From: Hydrolagus colliei
Taxonomy: Eukaryota
NCBI GenBank assembly: GCA_035084275.1
Contig: CM068775.1
Span: 1,488,001-1,552,000 of the forward strand
Direction: 5' to 3'
Length of the DNA: 64,000 nucleotides
A model generated the notes under the pieces. The model was not told the DNA's origin, searched no databases, and worked only from the letters and a program-made list of their open reading frames with translations. Below, one piece after another: positions 11,990-23,559 of this stretch. Made by a program: the position numbers and the translations under genes. How positions within the stretch are numbered: the stretch's first letter is position 1; every line of letters starts with the position of its first letter.

Positions 11990-12108
11990 GTGAGTTCTAT
12001 TATTGAGACAAGTCTGACTGTGCGTGTGTGTGGGTGTGATTCTCTCTGCAATGTCACAGAGACGGGATATCTCAGAATAATTAATCTTCGGTCATTTGTT
12101 CTTTACAG

Positions 12109-12420
12109 GTGTCCAGGCCGATGTGGTGCTGACACAGCCATCGTCTCTAACCGGGAAGCCTGGCCAGGCCCTGAGAATCACCTGTAGAACCAGCGGGTTT
12201 GATCTCAGCAAATATGGCATGAACTGGGTCTGGCAGGTTCCTGGGAAGTGCCTGGAATGGCTGCTCTACATTTCGTACACATCTGCGTCCAACAGTCGTT
12301 ACACACCTGACATTCAAAGCCGTGTCACTGTTAACAGTAATAATTCCAATAACATCATTGATCTGAACATCAAAAGCCCAACAGGTCACAACACCGCCAT
12401 CTCTTACTGTGCAAGTGACT
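12109..12420 (+). CDS. IGHV: IgH V1 exon, IgM-type VH, open frame (possibly decaying)
   Basis: Acceptor ctttacag|GT GTC CAG GCC GAT GTG. DVVLTQP...LRITC...SGFDL...[15 protein letters not shown]...TAISYCAS, with both canonical Cys and Trp36. Confidence 0.93.
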
Positions 12421-12459
12421 CACAGTGAGAGGCAACTGGGCTGGTCTCCTACAAATACA
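12421..12459 (+). other. V1 23-RSS
   Basis: CACAGTG + 23 nt + ACAAATACA. Confidence 0.92.
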
Positions 12460-12869
12460 CGAGGGGAGGAAAGGCAGCCCCTCCCACCCTAAACTGAAGG
12501 GCAGTTATGGTGTCAATGCTGTGTCTGTAGCAAAGATTAAAGGAAAAGCTTAGAATGGATTTCTTATCATTCCAAACCAATACAGTGAACGGTGGTTTGA
12601 TGGGGGGTGAATGAGCTGCTTATTTGTGCTGTAATATTCTGTGATTTCAGCTGGTATGTGACACTGTGCTGTTTGAGGTGGGAAGCACTGCGATTGGAGA
12701 CTGACTAGATGACAGTTCACAAATATCCTCTTATTACCAGCTGTTGGACATATTTGTTTTCTGTTTCTGTGGCTGTGAAGAAAGTGTTAGACAGACTCTG
12801 TGCCATGCCACAGGAAAATAGTCCATTTCAGTGAATGTTGGCAGCCAGTATAGAGCAGACACTGAGGTC

Positions 12870-12936
12870 AGTATGTGTATGGGACTGTGTCACTGTGTAT
12901 ATGGGGCTCACAGCATTAACTGTCAATACAAAAACC
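12870..12936 (+). other. IGHD: IgH D segment (core TATATGGGGCT, 12898-12908) with 12-RSS on both sides
   Basis: AGTATGTGT-12-CACTGTG | core | CACAGCA-12-ACAAAAACC (the 3' nonamer is perfect). Confidence 0.9.
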
Positions 12937-13275
12937 CTTGAACACCAAACCAGATAATCTCTCCCACTGCTGGCGTGTGTGGGTTCCAATTAACGTGAGG
13001 AGATTTGATATGTTTATAATGGGGCCTAACACTGAGTAATTTACCTGATTTTAATCGACATAAAAACATAAAATATAATCTTGAATCTGTTGGTGACAAG
13101 TGAAGGTGTTTGACGGGAACATTGCAAACTGGCAAAGATACAAACATTTAACAGCTAAACACAGAGCTGTGCAATTGTTTTCAGAACATTACAGAACTAT
13201 ACGGTTCCCGGTATTTAGTTTGGGGAAATCACCATTTACAATAATATGGTGTTTGTGTGGCCGGCCCTCACAGCA

Positions 13276-13314
13276 GGTTATTGCAGTGATCAGCACACTG
13301 ACTGTAGCACTGTG
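13276..13314 (+). other. JH 23-RSS
   Basis: GGTTATTGC + 23 nt + CACTGTG. Confidence 0.9.
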
Positions 13315-13362
13315 ACTACCTTGACTGCTGGGGACAAGGCACCATGGTGACAGTGACTAACG
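13315..13362 (+). CDS. IGHJ: IgH J segment (YLDCWGQGTMVTVTN)
   Basis: WGQG motif followed by TMVTVT; phase-1 donor G|GTAAGA at 13363. Confidence 0.95.
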
Positions 13363-13739
13363 GTAAGAAACAAACACTCACTCACAATGCTGAGTTTGGA
13401 TTTATATGTTTATTTTATTCTCTTTAACAGCTATTTAATTTAATGACCTGTGAGTTGCCAGGGCTACCTCAGAGTTTAATGGAAGTTAAATTCATTTCAC
13501 TGCTGTTGCTTTCAACAGCCACTGTTGATTTAAGTATTATTCTGTCCATGTTTAGTTCATTGGTGGTGATATTTTTGGTGGATAGTGACTGTACAGCTGA
13601 AGTTACACTGATGGACTTTCTGCAATGTCTGATCACGGTGACTGGCGGCTGCTGATTTTGGGGTATAATCAGGAATTGGTCTGTGCATTGTGTATAGAGA
13701 TGAGCATTCTGGGTCTTGTAGTTTAGTGTGCGCGCATTC

Positions 13740-13843
13740 CGATTTTTTACCTCGATATATTGATTTTTTTTAATGCCTATATCGGCATCGATATGAAAAT
13801 TACATCGGGTTTTAGCGATATATTGATATATCGCCGGACCCTA
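13740..13843. mobile_element. Possible hAT-type MITE end fragment
   Basis: CGATAT-rich repeats ending in ...atatcgccggacccta (TAGGG-type terminus on the - strand). The other end was not found. Confidence 0.35.
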
Positions 13844-14835
13844 CAAAAACGCGGTCAAAGAGAAATGTCTTCAGCTGTGACCTGAAACTGGGAAGAGAGG
13901 GGACGAGGCAAAGGGAGTGAGGAAGGGAGTTCAAGAGCCTCGGGGCGTAGTGGCTGAAGGCACAGCTGCCGAGGGTGGAGCGGAGAATTTGGGGGGACAT
14001 GGAGGAGGCCAGACCCAGTGGAGTGAAGGCAGCGGGTGCTGGTTTGGGGAGAGCGGAGATCAGAGAGATAAGAAGGTGAAGAGGAGTAGAGGGATTTGAA
14101 TACAAGGGTGAGGATCTTGAAGTCGATCCTCTCTGGGACAGGGAGCCAGTGAAGTCTGGCAAGGACTGGGGTAACGGGCAGCGAAGCTTGTAGCGGGTGA
14201 GTATGCAGGCAGCAGAGTTTGGGATTATCTGGATTTTGTGGATTGTGGTCGAGGGGAGACCGACGAGGAGGGTGTTGCAATAGTCCAGCTGAGAGGTGAC
14301 AAAGGTGAGGAACAAGGTTTCAGCGGCTTTTGTGGTGAGGTATTGCCTGAGACGGGCGATCCGTCAGAGGTGATAGAAGGCAGTGCTGGTCATGGACCGG
14401 ATGTGGGGGAGGAAGGACAGTTGGGGGTCGAACCTGATGCCAAGGTTGCGCACAGGTTTGGAGAGATTTAGGGGCCAGGCCGGGAAGGTGGAGGAGGTGA
14501 GAGCCGTGTGAATGGAGACATGGACGATTGCCAAGGAGTATGGCCTCCATCTTGTCGACATTCAGCTGCAGGAAGTTCGCGCTCATCCAGCCCCTGATGT
14601 CTGACAGACAGGCTGACAAAACATCAGGGGACTGGGGTCACAAAGTGAAGTGGAGAGATAGAGTTGGGTGTCATCCGCGTACATGTGGAAGTGTGCCCCA
14701 TGTCTGCGGATGACATCCCCAAGAGGGAGCGTGTAAATGAGGAAGAGGAGGGGGCCAAGGATGGATCCCTGGGGTACCCCACAGGTAACTGGGTGAGTGC
14801 GGGAGGAAAAAGCATTTGTGCAGATATACTGCTGG
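13844..14835 (-). mobile_element. 5'-truncated L2 LINE
   Basis: LARLHWLPVPERIDFKIL, NFLQLNVDKMEAILLG and GVPQGS-like RT remnants. Confidence 0.85.
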
Positions 14836-16377
14836 CAGTTTGTGAGGTAAAGTGAATTGACTATTTATTTGTGGGTGAAATGAGATGTTTAACACACAGT
14901 GACACCGGTCGCTGACAGCAAAATCTGAAAGCAGATTTCAGAGCTGATCAGCTCAAACTACAGAGACTGAGCTGAAGGTGAAAGGCATCAATTTCTCATT
15001 TCATTATCAATCTTAAAATACACAGTCATTTCACTTTACAGTAAATTCAGTTAAGTGCTTTGAGATGCCTAAAAGACTTGAAAAGTGCAATATGTAAAAT
15101 AAGGAATTGGTCATTTCAATCCATGGCTGTTTGTGGGACATTGCTGTGCACAATTGGCTGCCACATTTTGCCAACAAGTATACAGTCAATTCACTTTACA
15201 GTTTATTCTTTGAAGCGCTTTGAAATGTCCAGAAGATGTGAAAAGCACTATATCAAAATATAAGGATTATTATTATATCAAATGCTAGGATTATTTATTT
15301 CATATTCCATGGTTTAGTTATCGTGTGTAACTTTGTGCTGCAGGGAATTGTGACTGTGAGTTACACTGCACCAGGTTTAATGCTTCATGTTGTGATGTGG
15401 AAGGACAGTGTGTGAGCTGGCTGGGAAGTAAATGAGACAGAGAGAGAGAGAGAGAGAAAGCTTCAGGCTGAGAGAAAGAGAATATTGAGTGATTTGTGGA
15501 TTATTGGATGGAAACAGTTTGTGTTTGAGATGTCAGGGATCAGTCTGTGATTGTGTGTTAGACCTGATTAAACAGCATTGAGCAGTGTAATAGCTAATGG
15601 CTGAACAGGGATATCTGACAGTGTGTGCAGAGCTGTTGGGAGCTGGGGTCAGTGTGTTACGTTTCTCCCGAGTTCTTCAGAATAACCGGATTCTAAATTC
15701 AAATTAATTTGAAGGTTATTATTAATTGGAGGCAAATCTCTAAAGTAAAGATATATAACGGGCTCCCAGTGTTAGGCTAGTCTCTGGCTTTATCAATGGT
15801 TTATTAAATTTATTTATAAGTAACAAGGCAGTGGCCAAAGGGGCAGGAAACAGACCCACAGATACCAGCGTCACTTGTGGTTCATTGTTAACATCACCTG
15901 TGCTGCCTGTCTGTCTGTCAGCCTGGGTCAGATTTACTACAACATGAAAAAACATGACGTTTAAATGTCGCAGAATAAATTGCTTTAATAAATGTCAGTA
16001 AATCAGAAAATCTCAACTATTTCATTTTCAAGCAATTGTATAAATGTGTAAGATTATCCGTAGATCTGTGTAATCGTGAAATAAATATTGATTGGCAAAC
16101 AATTTTTAAAACTTAATCAATTAATTAACATTTCAATTAAGATTAAATCAAATAAGCATCATTTAAATTTCCGCTATTTTTGAAAAGCCACAGAGACCAC
16201 TCTTTTAACACCCATCTGAATGCAGTCTGGGTCTCGGTTTAATGTCTCAGTACATATTTACACACATACATACACATACATACAACACACCCATCACACG
16301 TAACAATAATTATTATTATTATACATTATTATTATTATATTATAATATTATTATTACACATACATGATAATAGTAAT

Positions 16378-16655
16378 CCATGGATTTGATATAGCACTTT
16401 TCACATATTCCAGATATCTCAAAACGTTACCCAGAATATACTATAAATTGAATTGACTGTGTATTTGTGGGTGAGTCAGCCGACCAATTGCAGTGTCCCG
16501 CAAATAGTCGTGGACCAATGATGTTATTTTTTTCATCTTGAGGGATTATTAGCAGGTGCATGGAATAAGGAAACTTGTCCAAGGTTTTACCCTGCTGGGA
16601 ATTGAACCCAGATAACTCGCTGGTAAGGCGAGTGCTCCAATAACTGAGCTACAGG
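16378..16655 (-). mobile_element. tRNA-derived SINE (local family)
   Basis: Reverse complement reads cctgtagctcagtta...gggttcaattccc, then body and tail gtgaaaagtgctatatcaaat. Confidence 0.75.
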
Positions 16656-17630
16656 ATACAGGAATCTGACTCCAACAGGACACATGCACAAACTCACACA
16701 CACTTGTGTAAATATGCACTCAAAACGATACAGATATGCACACTCATACATACAAACATATAGATATATATCTACAAACACGCATTCAACACACAACTTA
16801 TACAAGGCCACAGAGGGCTTTGAAGGTCGGGATCAGGATATTGAAATGAATCCCATGGGTTTTGGGGAGCCAATGAATCAGGTGAGAATGGGGGAGATGG
16901 GATCATGGGGCATGGATCAGTAGCATCAGTCTCTATGGCCTCCCATGGATCACAGGAGGCCATAGAGATACTGTCCAGCGTGGAGGGCGTTATATAAATT
17001 GCAGTTGTTGTTACATCTCAAACCTTTAGCAAACTCTTTCATACAGGTTGGATTTGTGGCCTTGTTGTAAGGTTATCTGCATTAAACAATCAGCAAAGTT
17101 ATTTAAGCAATGTAATTATGGGCATTACATTTCTTCCTTTCTCTTGATTTCTTTCTATATTATAATTTGGAACGTCCAGCAACATGAATCAATAATATGA
17201 TCGTAGAATTGATCAGTGCCTTTTCTGAATAACCGCAAGTATTTAGCATTTTATGATAATTTAGAAAAAGTATTATGGAATCACTTATAATCCCACCTGA
17301 ATAGACATCCTTTGATCCTTTGATTCTCCACCAGGTCTCAGATTCAAAGCCCTGATTATTCCCATTTCTGTACTTGACTTAAAAGTGAGATACATGGGTG
17401 TTTTTCGTAGAAGATCAGGCTGAAAACATGGGCACATTTCCTCACTCCACACACCTGATAATAATCCCTCACAAAAAACAATAACAAAATTGGTAATTTC
17501 AATCCAGTACTGTTTGTGGGATACAGCTGTGAGCAATTGGCTGCCCACCAATATACAGTCAACAATTACGTTATATTCTGTGAGGTGCTTTGAAACGTCT
17601 AGAAGACATGAAAAGGCGATACATCACATG

Positions 17631-20600
17631 CAACAACAACAACATCAACAAATTACATTTATAGAGCGCCTTTCACGTCGGGAGGACGTCCCAAGGCACT
17701 GTACAGGAGTCGTGTGACCTGAGCTGGGAGGGGAGTGTTTGGGAAGGGGTGAAACACGAAAGGGAGGTAAAAAAGTTTGGGGTGGAACAAAAGGCACGAT
17801 CGAAGAGGAAAGTCTTCAATCCGGCCTTGAAAGAGGAAAGGGAAGAGACAAAATGGAGGGATTGATGGGTGGCATTCCATAGGGTGGGAGCGAAGAAACT
17901 GAAGGCCCGGCCTCCGATGATGGGGCGGTTCGGGCGGGGGGCTTGGAGCAGGCCAAGTCCTGTTGAACGGAGGGTCCGGGTGGGCGTGTAGGGGGAAAGT
18001 AGATTGGTTAGATACGGCGGGGCAAGGCCGTGTAAGGCCTTGTAGGTGAGGATGAGGATCATGAACTCGATCCTCTGGAGGATGGGGAGGCAGTGGAGAC
18101 GGGCGAGGGTGGGGGTTATGTGATCACGGAGGCGGGTGCGGGATAATACACGGGCTGCAGAGTTTTGGATGGCCTGCAGCCTGTGAATGGAGGAACTGGG
18201 GAGGCCGACGAGGAGAGAGTTTCCGTAGTCCAGCCGTGAGGTGATGTACGCATGCACGAGTGTTTCGGCAGCGTGGGGGGTAAGATAGTTGCGGAGCCTG
18301 GCAATGTTGCGCAGGTGGAAATAAGCGGTGCCGGTCAAGGCGCGGATGTGGGGGAGGAAGGAAAGTTTTTGATCGAACATGATGCCGAGGTTCCTGATTG
18401 GCTTTGTGAGGTGGAGAGTGCAGCCTTGGATATTGAGGCTGTCAGCGACCGATGAGCGGAGGCGCTGGCTTGAGCCAATCAGGAGGGCCTCGGTCTTACT
18501 CACGTTCAATTGCAAGAAGTTCTCCCTCGTCCACGACTCGATGTCGGACAGACATGCTGTTAGGACATCGATCGTCTGGGGGTTGAGGGATGAGGCATAA
18601 AGGTACAACTGGGTGTCGTCCGCATACATGTGGAAATTTACCCCATGTTTGCGGATGAAGTCGCCCAGAGGGAGCGTGTAACGGGTGAAAAGGAGGGGAC
18701 CGAGGACAGCACTGAGGGACGCCGTGAGAAACTGTGCGGGGGTTTGGAGAAAAACCATTGAAAGAAACAAAATGTAAACGGTGGGTCAAATAAGAGTGGA
18801 ACCAGTCTTGAAGGTTGAGGTGGGAGGAAAGACGTTGAAGGAGGATGGTGTGATCGACTGTGTCGAACGCAGCAGACAGGTCAAGGAGGACGAGGAGGCA
18901 GAGGGAGCCCTGGTCACAGGCGGTTAAGATGTCATTTGTGACCTTGACCAGGGCAGTTTCTGTGCTGTGGATAGGGTGGAAACCTGATTGGAGGGGTTCA
19001 AGAAGTGAGTGAGTTGAGAGTAAAGAGCGGAGCTGGGAGGCAACCACTCTTTCAAGGACCTTGGATAAAAACGGGAGGTTGGAGATGGGTCGATAACTTG
19101 ATGGTTGCGACGCATCAAGGGAGGGTTTCTTCAGGATAGGGGTGATGGTGGCTGTTTTAAGGGAGGTAGGGACGGTGCCTGAGGAGAGGGAAAGGTTAAT
19201 AGTGTCAGAAATTGGCGGGGCTAACAAATGGAGCTGGGTGCGGAGGAGTGGGGTGGGGATGGGGTCCAATGAGCACGTGGTGGGTTTCATGGAGGTAATT
19301 GTTTTAGAGACTGAAAGCGTGGTGGTGGGGTTGAAAGTGTGAAATGGGCGGTGAGTAGGAGTTGAGGTAGCTGATGAGGGCGCGGAGGTGGAGGAGTGGT
19401 GGGGGGAGGAAACCGCAGTGCGGATTTTCTCAATTTTGGACTCGAGGAAGTCCAGCATCTCCTCACAACGAACGTTTGAGGAGAGGATCTGCGAGGTGAG
19501 GCGGGGGGGGGGGGGGGGGCGGAGGAGCTGGTTGCTGGTGGCGAAGAGGAGGCGGTGGTTGTCCTTCGCTTCCAGGATTATCCTGGAGTAGAGGCTGATT
19601 TGGCGGTGGCTAGGGCGGAGCGGTAAAATTTAATGCGGTCCAGCCAGATTTGCTGGTGGACCGTTAGGCCAGATTTGAGCCAGGTGTGTTCAACTGCTCT
19701 CATTTGGCTTTTGAGGTAACGGAGGTGAGTTGTGTACCACGGTGATGATCGGGAATGGGAGACGGATTTGGAGGTGAGGGGGGCCAGGGTGTCAAGGGTA
19801 GTGGAGAGGGTGTTGTGGAGGGCGGTGGAGGTGGAGGATGGGTCGGTCGGTACAAAAAAAATGCCATTGTGGGAAGAGGTCGGAGGTTTCTAGGGCAGAG
19901 GTGAAAGTTTGAGGGGGAATCTTCTTCCAGGGCCGGTATAAGATGGTGGTGGGTTTGGAAGTGGAGGGGGGAGGGATAGAGGTGTTGCAGGAAATGAAAA
20001 AATGGTCGGAAATGGCCTTGTCTGTGATGGTGACGCCAGAGACGTTGAGGCCTCGGGTGATCACCAGATCGAGAGTATGGCCGTGGGTGTGGGTGGCAGT
20101 GTTAATGTGAAGGGAGAAGTTGAAAGACGAAAGTAAAGAGGAAAATTCAGAGGAAATGGGGCAGGAGGGGGAGAAATGGAGGTTGAAATCGCCAAGAATA
20201 ATAAGGCGATCAGAGGAGGTGCAAAGGGAAGTTAAAAGTGAAGAAAAATCTGAAATGAAAGTGGGGGAGCGTTTGGGGGGGCGATAAACTAATAGGATTT
20301 TGAAAGAATTGTGGCAGGAGTGAGAGAGGGTGAGCTGTTCGAAAGAGGGGGAGCTGTTCGAAAGAGGGGAAGGAGCCGGAGGAATAGGGGGATAGGGCGA
20401 GGGATGACTTTGAGATGAGGGCCACACCACCGCCACAACGGTTGGGTCGAGGAGCATGGTGGAATGTGTAGTTGGGTGATGTGGCTTCAACGAGGCCGAA
20501 AGTGTCGCCTGGGGTGATCCAAGTCTCCGTCAGGGCCATGATGTCAACGTTGTCATCAAGGATGAGATCGTTGATGGCCAGGGTCTTGTTGCAGACAGAG

Positions 20601-20920
20601 CGGATATTTTGGAGGCCGATGCGGAAAGAGCAGTTGGCCGAGGGGTGTGCGGGGGGACTGGGGTGGTCGGCGGGGAGGGTGGGGATCTGAATAAGGGAGG
20701 AGAGGTTGACCCCCCGGGTTTGTGTCCGGTGGGGCTGGCGGTGATGGTGGGGGACAGGGCACTTGGTGTGACTGCTATTGGACAACCAACGCCGAGTGCC
20801 ACGGTGAGCCCGACGGAGGATTCCAATATTGGAACAGAAGGAAGCCGTGGGAGGGTCGAGCAGGGACAGTAGGCAAGGAGGGCGAAGAGAAAAAAGTGTA
20901 GAGAAGGAATAACGGAGAGC
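17631..20920 (-). mobile_element. L2 LINE with near-complete frameshifted ORF2 (APE endonuclease + RT)
   Basis: APE motifs QNIRS, LTETW, GGGVA, LGDFN and ISDH; RT motifs [13 protein letters not shown] and MYADDTQLY; (TTG)n tail. A 19-nt tandem duplication (20332-20369) breaks the frame. Confidence 0.93.
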
Positions 20921-20924
20921 ATTG

Positions 20925-21148
20925 TACTGGCTGAGTTAGTTATGATGGAGAAGTATAAAGATAATGCGAGAAGCCTTGAACCTGACTATGGTGTAACAGC
21001 CTGAATCCAGCATTGTATTCTACATAGAACTGGTAGTATGATTCTTTTATTCTATCATGTTTATTGGTTATAATCATTAAATCACTACAACTTTATTAAG
21101 GATTGTTGGGTCATTATTTTGAACTCTCGGGATCGGAAATTCCAACAA
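20925..21148 (+). mobile_element. Partial (3' part) LTR-like direct repeat
   Basis: Matches 26020-26410 with an internal deletion; ends ...aaattccaACA. Confidence 0.6.
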
Positions 21149-23559
21149 TTTGATGATCATGAAGCGACCCAACAAAATAGTGATTTAATTGTTGGTAAGT
21201 TGTCTGAGTAGGATAATCAGCTCTCACATAAAGTAGAAAGAACATGCATCTAATTGTTGAAGCCTTTGTATGTTGTATTGTTGGTGATAAATAATAAGTA
21301 TAAGAAACGTTAATGAAGGATCTCAGAAAGGGTTGTGTAGACGGGAAATACGTGTTCCTATGGGTCTTGTGGAGTTATCACAAGGTTGAGCCCAGACAGA
21401 GACAGCGACAGGAATACACTGAATATTTCCGACAGGTCACATGAGCCAGAGATTAGGATAGCATTTGGTTTAGACTTATATGGTGTGAAATGAGTCCAAA
21501 GAACAGCAGAGAAGAAAGACAAAGGCAAGCTTTTAGACAGTGGGTGAGTAAGATATGCAAGAAGTAGGACAGTGTACTAACGACCTAGAGAAGGATTGCA
21601 GGAACAAGTAAAGAAAGGGAAAAACCAGGTGGAGGCGGCACAAGCCAAATCTAATGAATGGAAGTTAGAACTTACTGCAGCCATTGACTGTAGGGAGTTT
21701 AAATTCACTGACTGGTTTGCGTAAATAAAAGGACATTGCCCTTTGGGACCCTTTGGTAAATAACCGTTTCATAAATTTAAAGTGTTTTGGCAGTTAATGA
21801 TCATGTGATGCTAACAACTGAAAATGTTTAAAGAAATGGGAGATTTGTCATTTAGTTCTTACAGATATTGACAAGAATGGCATTCCATGCAGCCACTTCT
21901 TCTGGGATAACATATACTTTTCGCTCCAACTCTCCCACCCACAAAGCCGGTCTTCGCTTTTAGTTTCACTCGACCATCTCAGGGGGAGATGAGTGGACAA
22001 GTGCAACGCAGTCAATCATGTACATTGGCAACCGTATGTGTTTTTTATGTGTCGGGTGTTGTCGAGTGCGAGGTGACGGGGTCATAATTAGAATAAACAC
22101 CATGAAGTTCAAGAAGTGATAGTACAGTATTCAGAATGTCAGTATTCTGCAATATTTTTTATCTAATATTAATTTTCTTCCAGTATTTCAACAATGCTAT
22201 TCATAATTTTTGTGGCTGTACTGTTTATGTTAATCATGATATAATTGATAATGAATTGCTGTAATTACAGATGCTAAAATAAGTTGCAACAATTGAGGTG
22301 GTGGCTGAGGTAAAAGGGAATCGTGAAGATTTCAATGATGATGATGGCAATAAGTTTGACTCACTCGAGGTGGGAAGTGAACATTCTGGTCTTGTCTTAC
22401 CTTGACCAAAAAGTCAACTGTAAAGACTCATGGACTTGTTTGCTGAAACAAAGCTGACTCTATGGACTTTCAAGGACATTTTACCAGTGAATGGTCAAAA
22501 CAAGCTGTTGAATTTCTCACTACAAATTTGGATGTGTGACCAAAAAGTTCTGAGTTTTTTGAGGGAACAAAGAAGACAAGTCTAACCGATGTTGGAAAAA
22601 AAAGGAGATATTCCACACTCAACACAAACTGTACTATGTTTTTAAAAAGTCGATTTCTAATCACAGCCACTATATCAATCTGATTAATTAATCGTAATTA
22701 ACTTACTGCACATGTCTTGCTCTGAACTGTACCACTCATGTTTTATGTTTTTGTGATTTTACAATGTCTTGTGGATTTATATACTTTTCTGCTTACATGT
22801 TATTATGCCAAGGGCTGCGCAAGAATGATACAAAAGTGAAGGATTTACAGCTTGCTAAATTAATATGCAAGGCCGTACGCAGGGGGGGTGCGACGGGTGC
22901 GTACGCACCCCCCCAAATTATAAAAGGTCCACATTTTCCGGGGTAGAGAATTGCATTTTTTTATCAAATTTAAATACCAAGTAAATTTATTGAACATTTG
23001 TGCAACAATCAGTTCTTCAAAACTATGTATAAATTATAAACACACATCTTTGAATGATTTAGTATTAATATAAAATTATCGAGTCGCGCACCAGAATCGG
23101 CGTCTCCCCAAAACATACCGCGTCGATAGACCAGTCCATGACGCGGCGAGTCTGTGACTCGTGATTGGATAAACATAGGCGCCAAGACTCAAATCCTCGT
23201 TTGGAAATCATCCCGTAAACAGCCACAAGGGGCAGCACCAATTCTGGAGTTAAAATCATCTTTTCATCTGATCACCGTAAGTAAAAATGACTCAAGTTTT
23301 GAAAGGTGTGACTGTAATGCCAGCAAACAATGACAACATATTTACAAGCTTCTGAGAAATTAAAGCTTTTGAGAACCCAACAAAAAAGTTATATGTGTCT
23401 GGACGGGAATGCCTATCTTTAAAAAAAATACTCATGGACGTAGGCCTATAGCGCATATTCTACGTGGTGTGTCAATCGGAAATCATCCCGTATACAGTCA
23501 CTACATAAAAAGGTAGCACCACTTTGTGGAAGCTGAAATCGTATTTTAATCTGATAATG

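Noticed and set aside
13248-13275. GGTGTTTGT-12-CACAGCA as an extra RSS before J
   Set aside because: Good nonamer, but the heptamer is in the wrong orientation (needs ...GTG next to the coding end).
11944-13362. Identity as TCR, IgNAR, IgW or light chain
   Set aside because: J has WGQG rather than FGxG, V has full FR2/CDR2 (not NAR), and the leader and FR1 best fit IgM VH. IgW is less likely but needs a tree to exclude formally.
13443-13655. Hydrophobic 70-aa ORF after JH as a possible transmembrane exon
   Set aside because: It is phase 0 relative to the 13430 acceptor while the J donor is phase 1; the spliced frame stops after two codons; no Ig TM (CART) motif.
14895-14954. CACAGTG heptamer followed by two short palindromes
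   Set aside because: No nonamer at 12 or 23 spacing; palindromes of 7+7 bp are expected by chance. Lone heptamers in L2 (e.g. 1514) were dismissed likewise.
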